This document shows positions 1-8,463 of a stretch of 42,244 nucleotides of DNA, in pieces. Made by a program: the position numbers and the translations under genes. Source of the DNA: Promethearchaeia archaeon. GTDB taxonomy: Archaea; Asgardarchaeota; Lokiarchaeia; Sigyniarchaeales; SOKP01. The first letter of the stretch is position 1. Every line of letters starts with the position of its first letter. The notes under the pieces were generated by a model. It saw nothing but the letters and a program-made list of their open reading frames with translations. It made no database searches and was not told where the DNA came from. Location of the stretch: contig JAHQWL010000043.1 in assembly GCA_029856155.1 (NCBI GenBank), positions 1 to 42,244 of the forward strand. The letters are read 5' to 3'.

Positions 1-178
1 TTTTATTTAATTGGATAATTAATTAAATTTAAGCAAGATGCTTATATTAAATTTACATAAGTGTCTATTATATATAAATGTATAAATTAAAGAAATAACT
101 AAATTTTTGTTTAAAAAATTATTAGGTTTAGGAAATTAATTAGAAAGCAAAGAGAAATAAAGATAAGAAACACAATAG

Positions 179-469
179 CTAATAATCTTTTTTCCTTCTA
201 CTTTGATTTAAATCAAAATAATCATTTATTAGAGTATAAAATCTTTTTAATACTTCTTCTCCTCGGTCTGTTGTGAGATAATTTATTATATCGTCCTCAT
301 TTAATTGTTCAATTAAATTTCTAGATAGGAGAAATTGAAGTGTTTCTTTTATCGCGCTCGTTTTTAAACGTGTTTTTCGTAATAACCATGTTTGAGTTCT
401 TTTTGTTCTCAGGCAAAATTCCAATACTTCAGCCCAGATTTCAAATTTAGTACGTCTTGATGAACTCAT
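179..469 (-). CDS. Winged helix-turn-helix transcriptional regulator (archaeal ArnR1-like/HTH_45 type)
   Basis: RRTKFEIWAEVL...Q..LLRKTRL...LQFLLSRNLI...YLTTDRGEEVL pattern. Start moved to ATG at 469, which has AGGTGA upstream. Confidence 0.75.
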   Translation of the reverse strand: MSSSRRTKFEIWAEVLEFCLRTKRTQTWLLRKTRLKTSAIKETLQFLLSRNLIEQLNEDDIINYLTTDRGEEVLKRFYTLINDYFDLNQSRRKKDY

Positions 470-491
470 TAATATATCACCTAAACAGCAA

Positions 492-1220
492 TTATGGGAG
501 ATCCTCCTCATTAAAAGAAATAGAATTATCTAAAGAAGATTGTTCTACTTCTTGAGCCCATTCTTCTATTTTAGGGAACAAATCTTCCCATTTGATGATC
601 TGGTTCCTAATTTTAAATGAAGTCGACAAATTCATTAACCAAAAGAATAGCATTGGAAGAAATATCACGAGACAGATATTTATTAATATATTCGAATTTC
701 CAGCATCCAAAAAGCGAGTAACCAAGAAAATAACATAAAAACCCGAGATGAAATTAAAAAATAAGAAAGTTCTCACTAATTTAATCAAAGTTGTTTTTTC
801 TTTTGAATAGCGATTAAAGAACGCATAAAGATTAGTAACATATGGGACAATTCCATCGTAAAGAGCCGTTCGTGTTTCTTTATTCCCTTTAGCCTGTTTA
901 AGAGAACGATCTCCTCTTATTATGAATAAACTATAAAAGATTATTTGCATTCCTATTTGAGTAGTTAGCAAATAAAGAACCGTTATCATAATAATTGTCA
1001 CTATGGTTCCAAACAAGCCATATCTCTGAGATATATCAGTTGTTGCTTGTCCTGTACCCAGTAAATATGTCAGTAGAATAATAAACACTAATGCAAACGA
1101 AAAAAACAAGATTAACGAAGAGAAATGAAATTTAAATAACTGATTAATTCTTTTTACTTTTGAATATAAAGAATTTTGGCTTTCAATTAATCCATTTTTT
1201 TCATTTATAATTTTTTCCAT
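492..1220 (-). CDS. Hypothetical membrane protein (about 4 TM helices)
   Basis: 242-aa ORF with four hydrophobic stretches and AGGTGA before the ATG. Probably co-transcribed with the wHTH gene. Confidence 0.7.
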   Translation of the reverse strand: MEKIINEKNGLIESQNSLYSKVKRINQLFKFHFSSLILFFSFALVFIILLTYLLGTGQATTDISQRYGLFGTIVTIIMITVLYLLTTQIGMQIIFYSLFIIRGDRSLKQAKGNKETRTALYDGIVPYVTNLYAFFNRYSKEKTTLIKLVRTFLFFNFISGFYVIFLVTRFLDAGNSNILINICLVIFLPMLFFWLMNLSTSFKIRNQIIKWEDLFPKIEEWAQEVEQSSLDNSISFNEEDLP

Positions 1221-1404
1221 AATTTCACCTTAGAAGTTATTATAATATACAATGCTGCAATTATATTTAAGTATGTAAGGGCAAATCGTTGCTAGGGACT
1301 TACAATCCTCACTTATAGCCAAATTAACTTTGATGCGAGTTAAATTTTTTAAAAATTCAAGGTAATAACATTTGGATAATGAAATGGATAATGAGAGATG
1401 AATT

Positions 1405-2643
1405 TTAAACACGGAGAGCGCGTAATAATGTTGGGATTAAACGTAAGCTACTTGAAATCCCCAATTCTTTAATAAGCTTTCGTTTACGAGATAACATTAT
1501 CTTCCAAATCTGTTTCCTAGTTTTACTCCTAGTAAACATAGCGATCATTGCTTGCATCATCTCGGGATCTCTCTGAGCCATCGAATACGCAGCATCGATA
1601 ATCTTTTCTAGAAGTCCACTGTGATATAAAAGCGTATGGATCTTGTAAGAATATCTCAATTCTTCCTCATAAAGGTGTTTTAACAGGAGATCGTGATATC
1701 GAGCAAGACTTTTATCCCCAAAATCTTCTTCTTTATACGCTTCACAGAATATTTCAGCTGCAAGTTTGCCAGATAATCGTGCTTGGTAGATCCCTTCATA
1801 TAAAATGGGATCTGCACTTCCGCATGCGTCTCCGATAACCATTAAACGATCACGATATGGCTTCGCAATTAACTTGTCAGGAATGGGAGCAGCCCATATC
1901 TTACGACCTCCAAATAGTTTCATTTCTCTTCCCTCAAGTTTATCCTTTATGATGGGATAACTGAGGAATGATTTAAGATTACTCATTTTTATGTTTCTGC
2001 CTAAAACACCAATACTCACAGCATCCCGCTTAGGAAATGCCCATGCGACACCATGTTCACTTATATTGCGATCAAAGAATTCCCAAACTCGGTTGCCGAA
2101 TTGTTCTGTAATAACCGATTCGGGCATCTCAAACTCTGCTTGTATTCCAGTTATCATGGGGGGAACCTCCATTCCAAGTGGTCTCTGGAGATGTGCTCCC
2201 CCAAGACCAGTTGCCAGAATTACACATTTACTTTTATATTCTCGAAGTCCTTTTACGAGTACTCCTTTGCTATTGATCTCAATTCCTTTAGCTCGAAATT
2301 CGTATATAACCTCCGCACCAGCGTCATGGGCAATATTTATTAAATAATTATCGAAATCAGTACGAAACATACAATACCCCTTATCTTTTTCTCCGGTTGT
2401 ATCAAATTCCATAGGTCCATTTTCAGGTGTGACTACAACCCCTCCCAAAATTTCACGTTCACCAACACCATTAGGAATTGGTGTGAACTCCTCATTAGTA
2501 ACGGGAATTCCACCCGCACAACACTTATACCGCCCTTCTTGATCGGCTTCAAGAAGTAAAACATTTAAACCATGTTCAGCAGTAATCTTTGCAGCAGTAC
2601 TCCCACCTGGACCACCTCCAACAATTATCAAATCATAGTCCAT
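1405..2643 (-). CDS. Geranylgeranyl reductase family FAD-dependent oxidoreductase
   Basis: N-terminal YDLIIVGGGPGGS Rossmann motif, KCCAGG, RTDFD, AWAFPK, IGDACG...EGIYQARLSG. Confidence 0.85.
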   Translation of the reverse strand: MDYDLIIVGGGPGGSTAAKITAEHGLNVLLLEADQEGRYKCCAGGIPVTNEEFTPIPNGVGEREILGGVVVTPENGPMEFDTTGEKDKGYCMFRTDFDNYLINIAHDAGAEVIYEFRAKGIEINSKGVLVKGLREYKSKCVILATGLGGAHLQRPLGMEVPPMITGIQAEFEMPESVITEQFGNRVWEFFDRNISEHGVAWAFPKRDAVSIGVLGRNIKMSNLKSFLSYPIIKDKLEGREMKLFGGRKIWAAPIPDKLIAKPYRDRLMVIGDACGSADPILYEGIYQARLSGKLAAEIFCEAYKEEDFGDKSLARYHDLLLKHLYEEELRYSYKIHTLLYHSGLLEKIIDAAYSMAQRDPEMMQAMIAMFTRSKTRKQIWKIMLSRKRKLIKELGISSSLRLIPTLLRALRV

Positions 2644-2805
2644 GAATACTCAACATCTAAAAGCTAAGTGAAAATATATAATTATATTATATAAATAATA
2701 ATAAAATTATAAAATGAGAAGAAATTGGTATTTTTTCTAAATCCTTTTTAATTCTAATTACATTTCATAACCATAATAAAAGTTATAAAGGTGATCCGAA
2801 AGCTT

Positions 2806-4071
2806 ATGTCGTCCGAGTTCGAACAGAAATTAGAAAAGTATGCGGAAGTGATATTAAAAGTTGGTTTAAATCTCCAACCAGGGCAGAGGCTTCTGATTGG
2901 AGGGCCAATGTTAGACGCTGATGGGGTTCCAATTGAATCTGCTCCTTTGGTGAGATTAATTACAAAAAAGGCATATCAAATGGGGGCTCGATTGGTTGAT
3001 GTAGTATGGGGGGATGTGCAATTACGTAAAATTCGATTTCAGAATGCTCCTAAGGATTCAATTGAAGAGTATCCGAAGTGGAGAATAGATTCGAGATATG
3101 ATATCTCGAAAGCGGGAGATGCGAATGTAAATTTTTCAAGCCCAAATCCTGATTTACTTAGCGAGGTGGATTCTGAATTAGTTTCAAAGTTCCAAACATC
3201 ATATTATAAGCAAATGAAACACGTATATGATCTACTTACTGCTAATGCATTTAATTGGTTAATAGTTCCATTTCCAAACGATGATTGGGCTGATAAACTA
3301 TTCCCAGATGTACCTCAGAATAGTCGAAAAGACAAATTATGGGATATTATTTTCGAGATTTGTCTTATAAACCATGAAGACCCGATATCTGCTTGGGAAA
3401 AACACAATATTGATCTCTCTAAGCGATGTAATTATCTAAATCAAAAGCAGTATACCGCGCTAAAATTAACTGCTCCTGGGACAGATTTAATGATAGGCTT
3501 ACCTAAAAACCATATATGGGATGGTGGGAGTACTAAAGCTCAAAATGGGATAATATTTACAGCAAATTTGCCTACTGAAGAAGTATATACGATGCCGCAT
3601 AAGGATAGAGTCGATGGTGTTGTTAGTACTAGTAAACCGGTATATTATGGAGGATATACTGTTGAAAATTGTCGTTTCAAATTCTCTAAAGGTAGAATTG
3701 TTGAGGCCACAGCAGACAAAGGCGAAAACTATTTACTTAAAACACTTGAAACTGATGAAGGAGCATGTAGCTTAGGAGAGATTGCACTAGTACCACATAG
3801 TTCGCCAATCTCTCAATCTGGTTTGCTTTTTTATAATATGCTGATTGATGAAAATGCTTCAAATCATATCGCACTAGGTCAAGCTTATAGAGAATCGTTG
3901 AAAGGTGGGGTCACGTTAACTGATGAAGAGTTCATGGCTGCAGGAGGCAATAATAGCCTTATCCATCTTGATTTTATGATTGGTTCTGGAGAAATGAATG
4001 TAAATGGAATATTGGATGATGAAACCATAGAACCAGTAATGCAAAACGGAGAATGGGCTTTTGAAGTATGA
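2806..4071 (+). CDS. Aminopeptidase II (peptidase M29, AmpS/PepS-like)
   Basis: LEKYAEVILKVGLNLQPGQ, ANLPTEEVYT, LGEIALV, LIDENASNHIALGQAY, NNSLIHLDFMIG. ATG at 2806 follows GGTGA. Confidence 0.92.
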   Translation: MSSEFEQKLEKYAEVILKVGLNLQPGQRLLIGGPMLDADGVPIESAPLVRLITKKAYQMGARLVDVVWGDVQLRKIRFQNAPKDSIEEYPKWRIDSRYDISKAGDANVNFSSPNPDLLSEVDSELVSKFQTSYYKQMKHVYDLLTANAFNWLIVPFPNDDWADKLFPDVPQNSRKDKLWDIIFEICLINHEDPISAWEKHNIDLSKRCNYLNQKQYTALKLTAPGTDLMIGLPKNHIWDGGSTKAQNGIIFTANLPTEEVYTMPHKDRVDGVVSTSKPVYYGGYTVENCRFKFSKGRIVEATADKGENYLLKTLETDEGACSLGEIALVPHSSPISQSGLLFYNMLIDENASNHIALGQAYRESLKGGVTLTDEEFMAAGGNNSLIHLDFMIGSGEMNVNGILDDETIEPVMQNGEWAFEV

Positions 4072-4183
4072 TTTCTTTTATTAAACTGTTCAATTAAAAA
4101 CAAGAAAGAAATGAAGCTAGGATATCGTACTACCTAAATGGTGTCTAAATCCTTATTTTAAAATTATCTGGGATTCTAAACAC

Positions 4184-4270
4184 TTAAGCTATCATAAAAA
4201 ACAAGAAGAATAATCCAAATACGCCCCCAAGGAGAAGCAGCAGCAATAATAGAAATGTTGTTTCCACCAT
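4184..4270 (-). CDS. 28-aa hydrophobic micro-protein MVETTFLLLLLLLLGGVFGLFFLFFMIA
   Basis: Translated by hand. GGTGA 4 nt upstream of the ATG; GC-richer than its flanks; 8 Leu encoded by five different codons. Confidence 0.55.
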   Translation of the reverse strand: MVETTFLLLLLLLLGGVFGLFFLFFMIA

Positions 4271-4306
4271 TAAATCACCATTTTATTATTATTTTTTCAA
4301 ATATAT

Positions 4307-4540
4307 TATGATGTAAATCTATTTCTTTTAATCCTTTTTCAATTTTTCCCTAAAATGAAAAAGTAGGACTTTCACCTTTAAACGTTAATAATTCTAAAAA
4401 ATTTTTTTACTCCTTTTCTTTTCGACAGGTTTTTGGATAAGTTACATCATAGATGGATTAAACATTATATGAGTGATGTGACACTTTATCACTACATTAA
4501 TTGCTTTTTTATACGAACCTTTATATATACGATACATCAC
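4307..4540. promoter_or_regulatory. Four (T/C)ACATCA(T/C) boxes in alternating orientation in a divergent intergenic region
   Basis: TATGATGTAA 4307-4316 and TTACATCATA 4442-4451 form a perfect 10-bp inverted repeat; also GTGATGTGAC 4473-4482 and GATACATCAC 4531-4540. Confidence 0.45.
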
Positions 4541-4611
4541 ATTATTAATAGAATTAAGAGTATTACAAGTATTAAAATCAATTACTTTTCTAACAACTGA
4601 GGTTGAGAAGA

Positions 4612-4836
4612 ATGGTTTTATCAGAAATTGATTATTCCGGAAGGTTTTTAGAAGCACTTCACTCTTTACAAAAAAACTATAAGAAATTTCCTAAATTTAT
4701 GATTGAAATAATCGCTGAAAACTATGGAATACCCTCTCCAGAAGTGAAAAAACTCATTAGTTTATTTAGAAGAAACGGAATGTTGAAAATTCTAAAAAAT
4801 GAAGGATTTTATTATAAACTTAATGATATTCCCTAA
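4612..4836 (+). CDS. Small hypothetical protein, winged-helix-like
   Basis: 74 aa; IAENYGIPSPEVKKLISLFRRNGML..KNEGFYYKL resembles helix-turn-helix plus wing; GAGGT upstream. Confidence 0.6.
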   Translation: MVLSEIDYSGRFLEALHSLQKNYKKFPKFMIEIIAENYGIPSPEVKKLISLFRRNGMLKILKNEGFYYKLNDIP

Positions 4837-4857
4837 AATAGTTCTTATTCGTACCCT

Positions 4858-5964
4858 TTATTGATTCATAAAAGCTTCTTTTCGCATAATTTTTTGTTTG
4901 GAAAATTTCGATAGTAGGTCTTTTATTTCATTTAAACGTTTACTATCAATTTTTACTAAATTTAAAAAACCAGCTTTAATTGCCCTATTAAAAATTTCAT
5001 CTCCTTTCTTTGTTCGGGTAATAACCGTTGTAAATTTATCCGGAGATCCTAAACCTCCAAAGGAAATGTCGGCATAAATATTAGTAAAGTCGTTGCACGC
5101 ATTGCATGCAGAACGCATATAATTATTTAGTTTATCAAAGGGAATATGAATTATTTTTGATTTAGTATTGCCTTTCTTTATTTGAATGATTAAATCTTCT
5201 TTTATATTGATTTTTTCAATATCCTCAAACCTAACATTAAATTCTTTTTCGAATTGCTCACTTTTTTCTTTATCAAAAAAGAAATTCTCATAACAAAATA
5301 GTCCTATGCATAAATTGATATTTTGTGAGGGGATTATTCCTAATTCTTGCATACATCTAATGGTATAAATTTGACATGGAGTACCAACAATTGCTAGTTT
5401 ATCAAATCTTACTTTTTTTAATTTTTTGAAAGAACTGGTGTATGTATGGAATTTTTGGATTTCGGTTACTTGATGGTGTAAATCTAATTTAACTCCGGAT
5501 GAATTAATTAGATCTTCTCTACTTTTAGCAATATTTGCTTCTCTTGAAAAAGCTGCTTTAGTTTTTGCAACAATCGCTCCATCTATTATTTTCTTTTCTA
5601 ATAAAAAGTTCAATAATGAGTTTACGACCCCTCCATCAGTTCCACATTTTAAAAATTCTTCATCATTCGTTTGACAAATATAAATATTTCTAATATGTCC
5701 TATCGGCATTGAAGAAAAATCTGAAAATTTATACGTCTTGTTAAGCTCATCATCTAAAACGTGTGTTTGAGGACAAATTATATAACATATACCACATTCA
5801 AGGCAGTTTTCTTCATTTAAAAATTCTGGTGGGCCGCTAGATTTTTTAAATCCGATTACTCCACTTTCAATAGCATTACAAAAACTTACGCAACCACCAC
5901 ATTCTTGGCAGATCCCCCTATTATGAACTTCTGTAATCAGGTCCTTAAAAGTTTTAATACTCAT
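4858..5964 (-). CDS. Coenzyme F420 hydrogenase/dehydrogenase beta subunit family (FrhB/FdhB/FpoF-like) with N-terminal 2x[4Fe-4S] ferredoxin
   Basis: CQECGGCVSFC, CLECGICYIICP, TDGGVV, VGTPCQ, IGLFCYENF, CNACNDF..ADISFG. ATG at 5964 follows GGTGA. Confidence 0.9.
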   Translation of the reverse strand: MSIKTFKDLITEVHNRGICQECGGCVSFCNAIESGVIGFKKSSGPPEFLNEENCLECGICYIICPQTHVLDDELNKTYKFSDFSSMPIGHIRNIYICQTNDEEFLKCGTDGGVVNSLLNFLLEKKIIDGAIVAKTKAAFSREANIAKSREDLINSSGVKLDLHHQVTEIQKFHTYTSSFKKLKKVRFDKLAIVGTPCQIYTIRCMQELGIIPSQNINLCIGLFCYENFFFDKEKSEQFEKEFNVRFEDIEKINIKEDLIIQIKKGNTKSKIIHIPFDKLNNYMRSACNACNDFTNIYADISFGGLGSPDKFTTVITRTKKGDEIFNRAIKAGFLNLVKIDSKRLNEIKDLLSKFSKQKIMRKEAFMNQ

Positions 5965-6150
5965 TTCTATAATCACCCAAATTTCCCTTTTTTTTTCCAT
6001 TATATTAATTGTGGATTTCATATATAGATTATGGGTTCTAGTCACAGACAGTTAGGACATGGAAAATAGAATTATCAACAAATAAAAAATTTTCTCAAGA
6101 TGTCTTGGTTCAACTTTATCTTTCCATCTCACATCATTTTGTTTAATCAA

Positions 6151-6759
6151 CTAATTATTTAGAAATACCATCAGACTAAGAACAAAGTAGAAGAGTTGAT
6201 AGGGAGTAACCATAATTCTTTCGATTATACCCCTATATTTACCTGCTGCAAATATACTCGAGATGATAACACCAATTAATGAGACTATAGCTGAAATTAA
6301 TGAATAGAGGGCAAAACCACTCCATCCTAGTATAAACTGCAAACGAATCCACAGTGCCACCATCCCAGCAATCGCAAATATTCCCATCAGAACAACAAAT
6401 GCTATATGTCCCTTTCCTTTATAAGTTGTAAATTCACCTCCTTCATCAAGAGGGAAAAATAGAGCGAAAAGTATTCCTAAAATTGAACTAATTAGAAGAA
6501 ATATAGGGCCAAATATTGAACCACCCCCGTCGTTTATCCCCTCATGTAATCCAATGAAAAATGCAAACAATAACACACTTTCTGTAATCACAAATGACTG
6601 GGATAAGCGTCGGTTGGGCGCTCCAACTGCAAAAAGCGAACTAATATCATCTCGAATATGACTATAATTCGAATCTAAACTTCCACATATAATCCACATA
6701 GCCGTATAAATGATTGGACTAAGCATTCCGCAAATTGCTAAAATCTGAACTATATTCAT
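6151..6759 (-). CDS. DUF998 family membrane protein
   Basis: YSHIRDDISSLFAVGAP, FPLD...GH, GIIER motifs; several TM helices. Confidence 0.75.
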   Translation of the reverse strand: MNIVQILAICGMLSPIIYTAMWIICGSLDSNYSHIRDDISSLFAVGAPNRRLSQSFVITESVLLFAFFIGLHEGINDGGGSIFGPIFLLISSILGILFALFFPLDEGGEFTTYKGKGHIAFVVLMGIFAIAGMVALWIRLQFILGWSGFALYSLISAIVSLIGVIISSIFAAGKYRGIIERIMVTPYQLFYFVLSLMVFLNN

Positions 6760-6904
6760 AATTGTCTGGATTAGTGCTTTAAATTAAAACTTTACCCATA
6801 ATAGCCACCTTTAAATAATAAAAATAAAATTTAAAAGAAACATCATTTTTTTAGTGATATTATACGCCTTTTGTTAATATTATAAAAAATTAAAAAAAAA
6901 AAAT

Positions 6905-7519
6905 ATGACTAAATATCAAAAAATTTATGCTGTCTGTGGTATGTTGGGTCCTATAGTATTTAACCTAATTTGGATTATTGCGGGGTTTATACAGCCTGGT
7001 TATGACCATATCCAAAATGACGTGAGTTCTCTCATGGCTCTTGGAGCACCTAATAAGTTATTATTCGATTTGATGAATATAGCAAGTTTCATCCTCGAGA
7101 TCATCTTTTTTATAGGATTAATCATGGTAATAAAAGAATTAAATGGATCTATTGCTGGACCTGCTGTATTCCTTAGTGGTAAAATTTTAGGGATTATAGT
7201 ACCAATCTTTTTCCCATTAAATTATGGCGGTGAACCTACCGGATTTACAGGGATGATGCATCTAATAATTGTAATGATAACAGGGTTTATTGCTCTTGGA
7301 GGGATGATTGTAATGTGGCGAGGATTGAGAAAAGTTGATGATTGGAAGGGCTATAGTCTTTATTCATTAATAACTTTCATTCTTACATTAATCTTTACAA
7401 TGTGGTTAGTATTTGCGGCGGGTTCGCCAGTTATGGGCTTAGCTGAACGATTTGTCATCATAGTTAATGGTCAGTATACGTTTGTTCTTGCTTTTAAGAC
7501 ATACCGTACAAGTGAATAG
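6905..7519 (+). CDS. DUF998 family membrane protein (paralog)
   Basis: PGYDHIQNDVSSLMALGAP, FPLN...MH, GLAER motifs. Confidence 0.75.
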   Translation: MTKYQKIYAVCGMLGPIVFNLIWIIAGFIQPGYDHIQNDVSSLMALGAPNKLLFDLMNIASFILEIIFFIGLIMVIKELNGSIAGPAVFLSGKILGIIVPIFFPLNYGGEPTGFTGMMHLIIVMITGFIALGGMIVMWRGLRKVDDWKGYSLYSLITFILTLIFTMWLVFAAGSPVMGLAERFVIIVNGQYTFVLAFKTYRTSE

Positions 7520-7776
7520 AAATTATAAATTTATATTAAACTCAAAAATTTAAATCTCTAATTTTATTTTTTTAAATAATAAAGAAAGCAGAATGCTAAA
7601 AGATATGCTGAACGCATAAAAATATTGATGACAATCAATATGGATAAAGATAAAAATAAAAAAATAAAATTTTTGTTTACAATCATTGGACTATTGAAAT
7701 TTCAAATTGTATACTTATTTTCCAATAACATAAATATAATGCATATTAATTTTAATTACGATTTGAGGTTAAAATA

Positions 7777-8238
7777 ATGAAAAAGATTTGGATAATTCAT
7801 AACTCTGAGCATGGAAATTCTGAAAAGATTTCAAAACAACTTGCTGAGGGTTTGAAAGACGAATATGAAGTAAGCGTTGGTAGCATTAGAAATATTAGTA
7901 CTAAAGATATTGCTAAAGACGAGCTTTATGGATTGATTATTGCTGTTAGAATCATTGCTTTTTCATCAGATAAAGAGATGCGAAAGTTTGTCAGCAATTT
8001 AAATGGTGTCATAACTCAACCAATTTCGAAAGTTGCCTATTTTGCAACCCATGCTTTAGGATGGAAGAAATTCTTTATAAAAGGAATGAAAAAGACTCTT
8101 GAAAAAGTGGGATGTGTTGAGGAGGTCTGTCCGGAATATCTTGAAGTAAGAATGCAAGGGGCTGAAGGACCAGCTGTAGAAGGTGCAGATGCGAAAATTG
8201 AAGAATATATTTCTACATTAAAGGAATTTCTGAAATAA
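7777..8238 (+). CDS. Flavodoxin-like protein
   Basis: IIHNSEHGNSEKISKQLAEG (FMN phosphate-loop-like), KVAYFATH. Confidence 0.7.
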   Translation: MKKIWIIHNSEHGNSEKISKQLAEGLKDEYEVSVGSIRNISTKDIAKDELYGLIIAVRIIAFSSDKEMRKFVSNLNGVITQPISKVAYFATHALGWKKFFIKGMKKTLEKVGCVEEVCPEYLEVRMQGAEGPAVEGADAKIEEYISTLKEFLK

Positions 8239-8463
8239 AATAAAATGAATTCATTGATTTTAAACTGGTTTTATTCCATAAATATATAATATTTTTTTTT
8301 GATGATAAAATTATATAATCTTTTTTGATTGAAGCAGAAGTATCTAACTTACATATTAGTCTTTTTTCTAGTAGTGAAAGCAGAGAATTTTTAATACGAG
8401 TTAAATTATTCTAAGACATTCAAATATTAACTTAATATATATAATTTAAATGAAGGTTCAAAA

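Noticed and set aside
1230-1412. 60-aa ORF
   Set aside because: Overlaps the GGR stop and the promoter region of the next gene; no RBS or recognisable motif
1991-2347. Antisense/shadow ORFs here and at 3885, 8791, 18592, 18921, 19117, 19465, 19553, 23978, 26588, 26986, 27106, 28058, 34415, 35271, 36301 and 39230
   Set aside because: They lie within or opposite well-supported genes and show no motifs
4442-4657. 71-aa minus-strand ORF
   Set aside because: Overlaps the better-supported 4612-4836 gene and the repeat boxes
7564-7686. 40-aa hydrophobic minus-strand ORF
   Set aside because: F/I/L richness is expected from T-rich DNA, and there is no RBS
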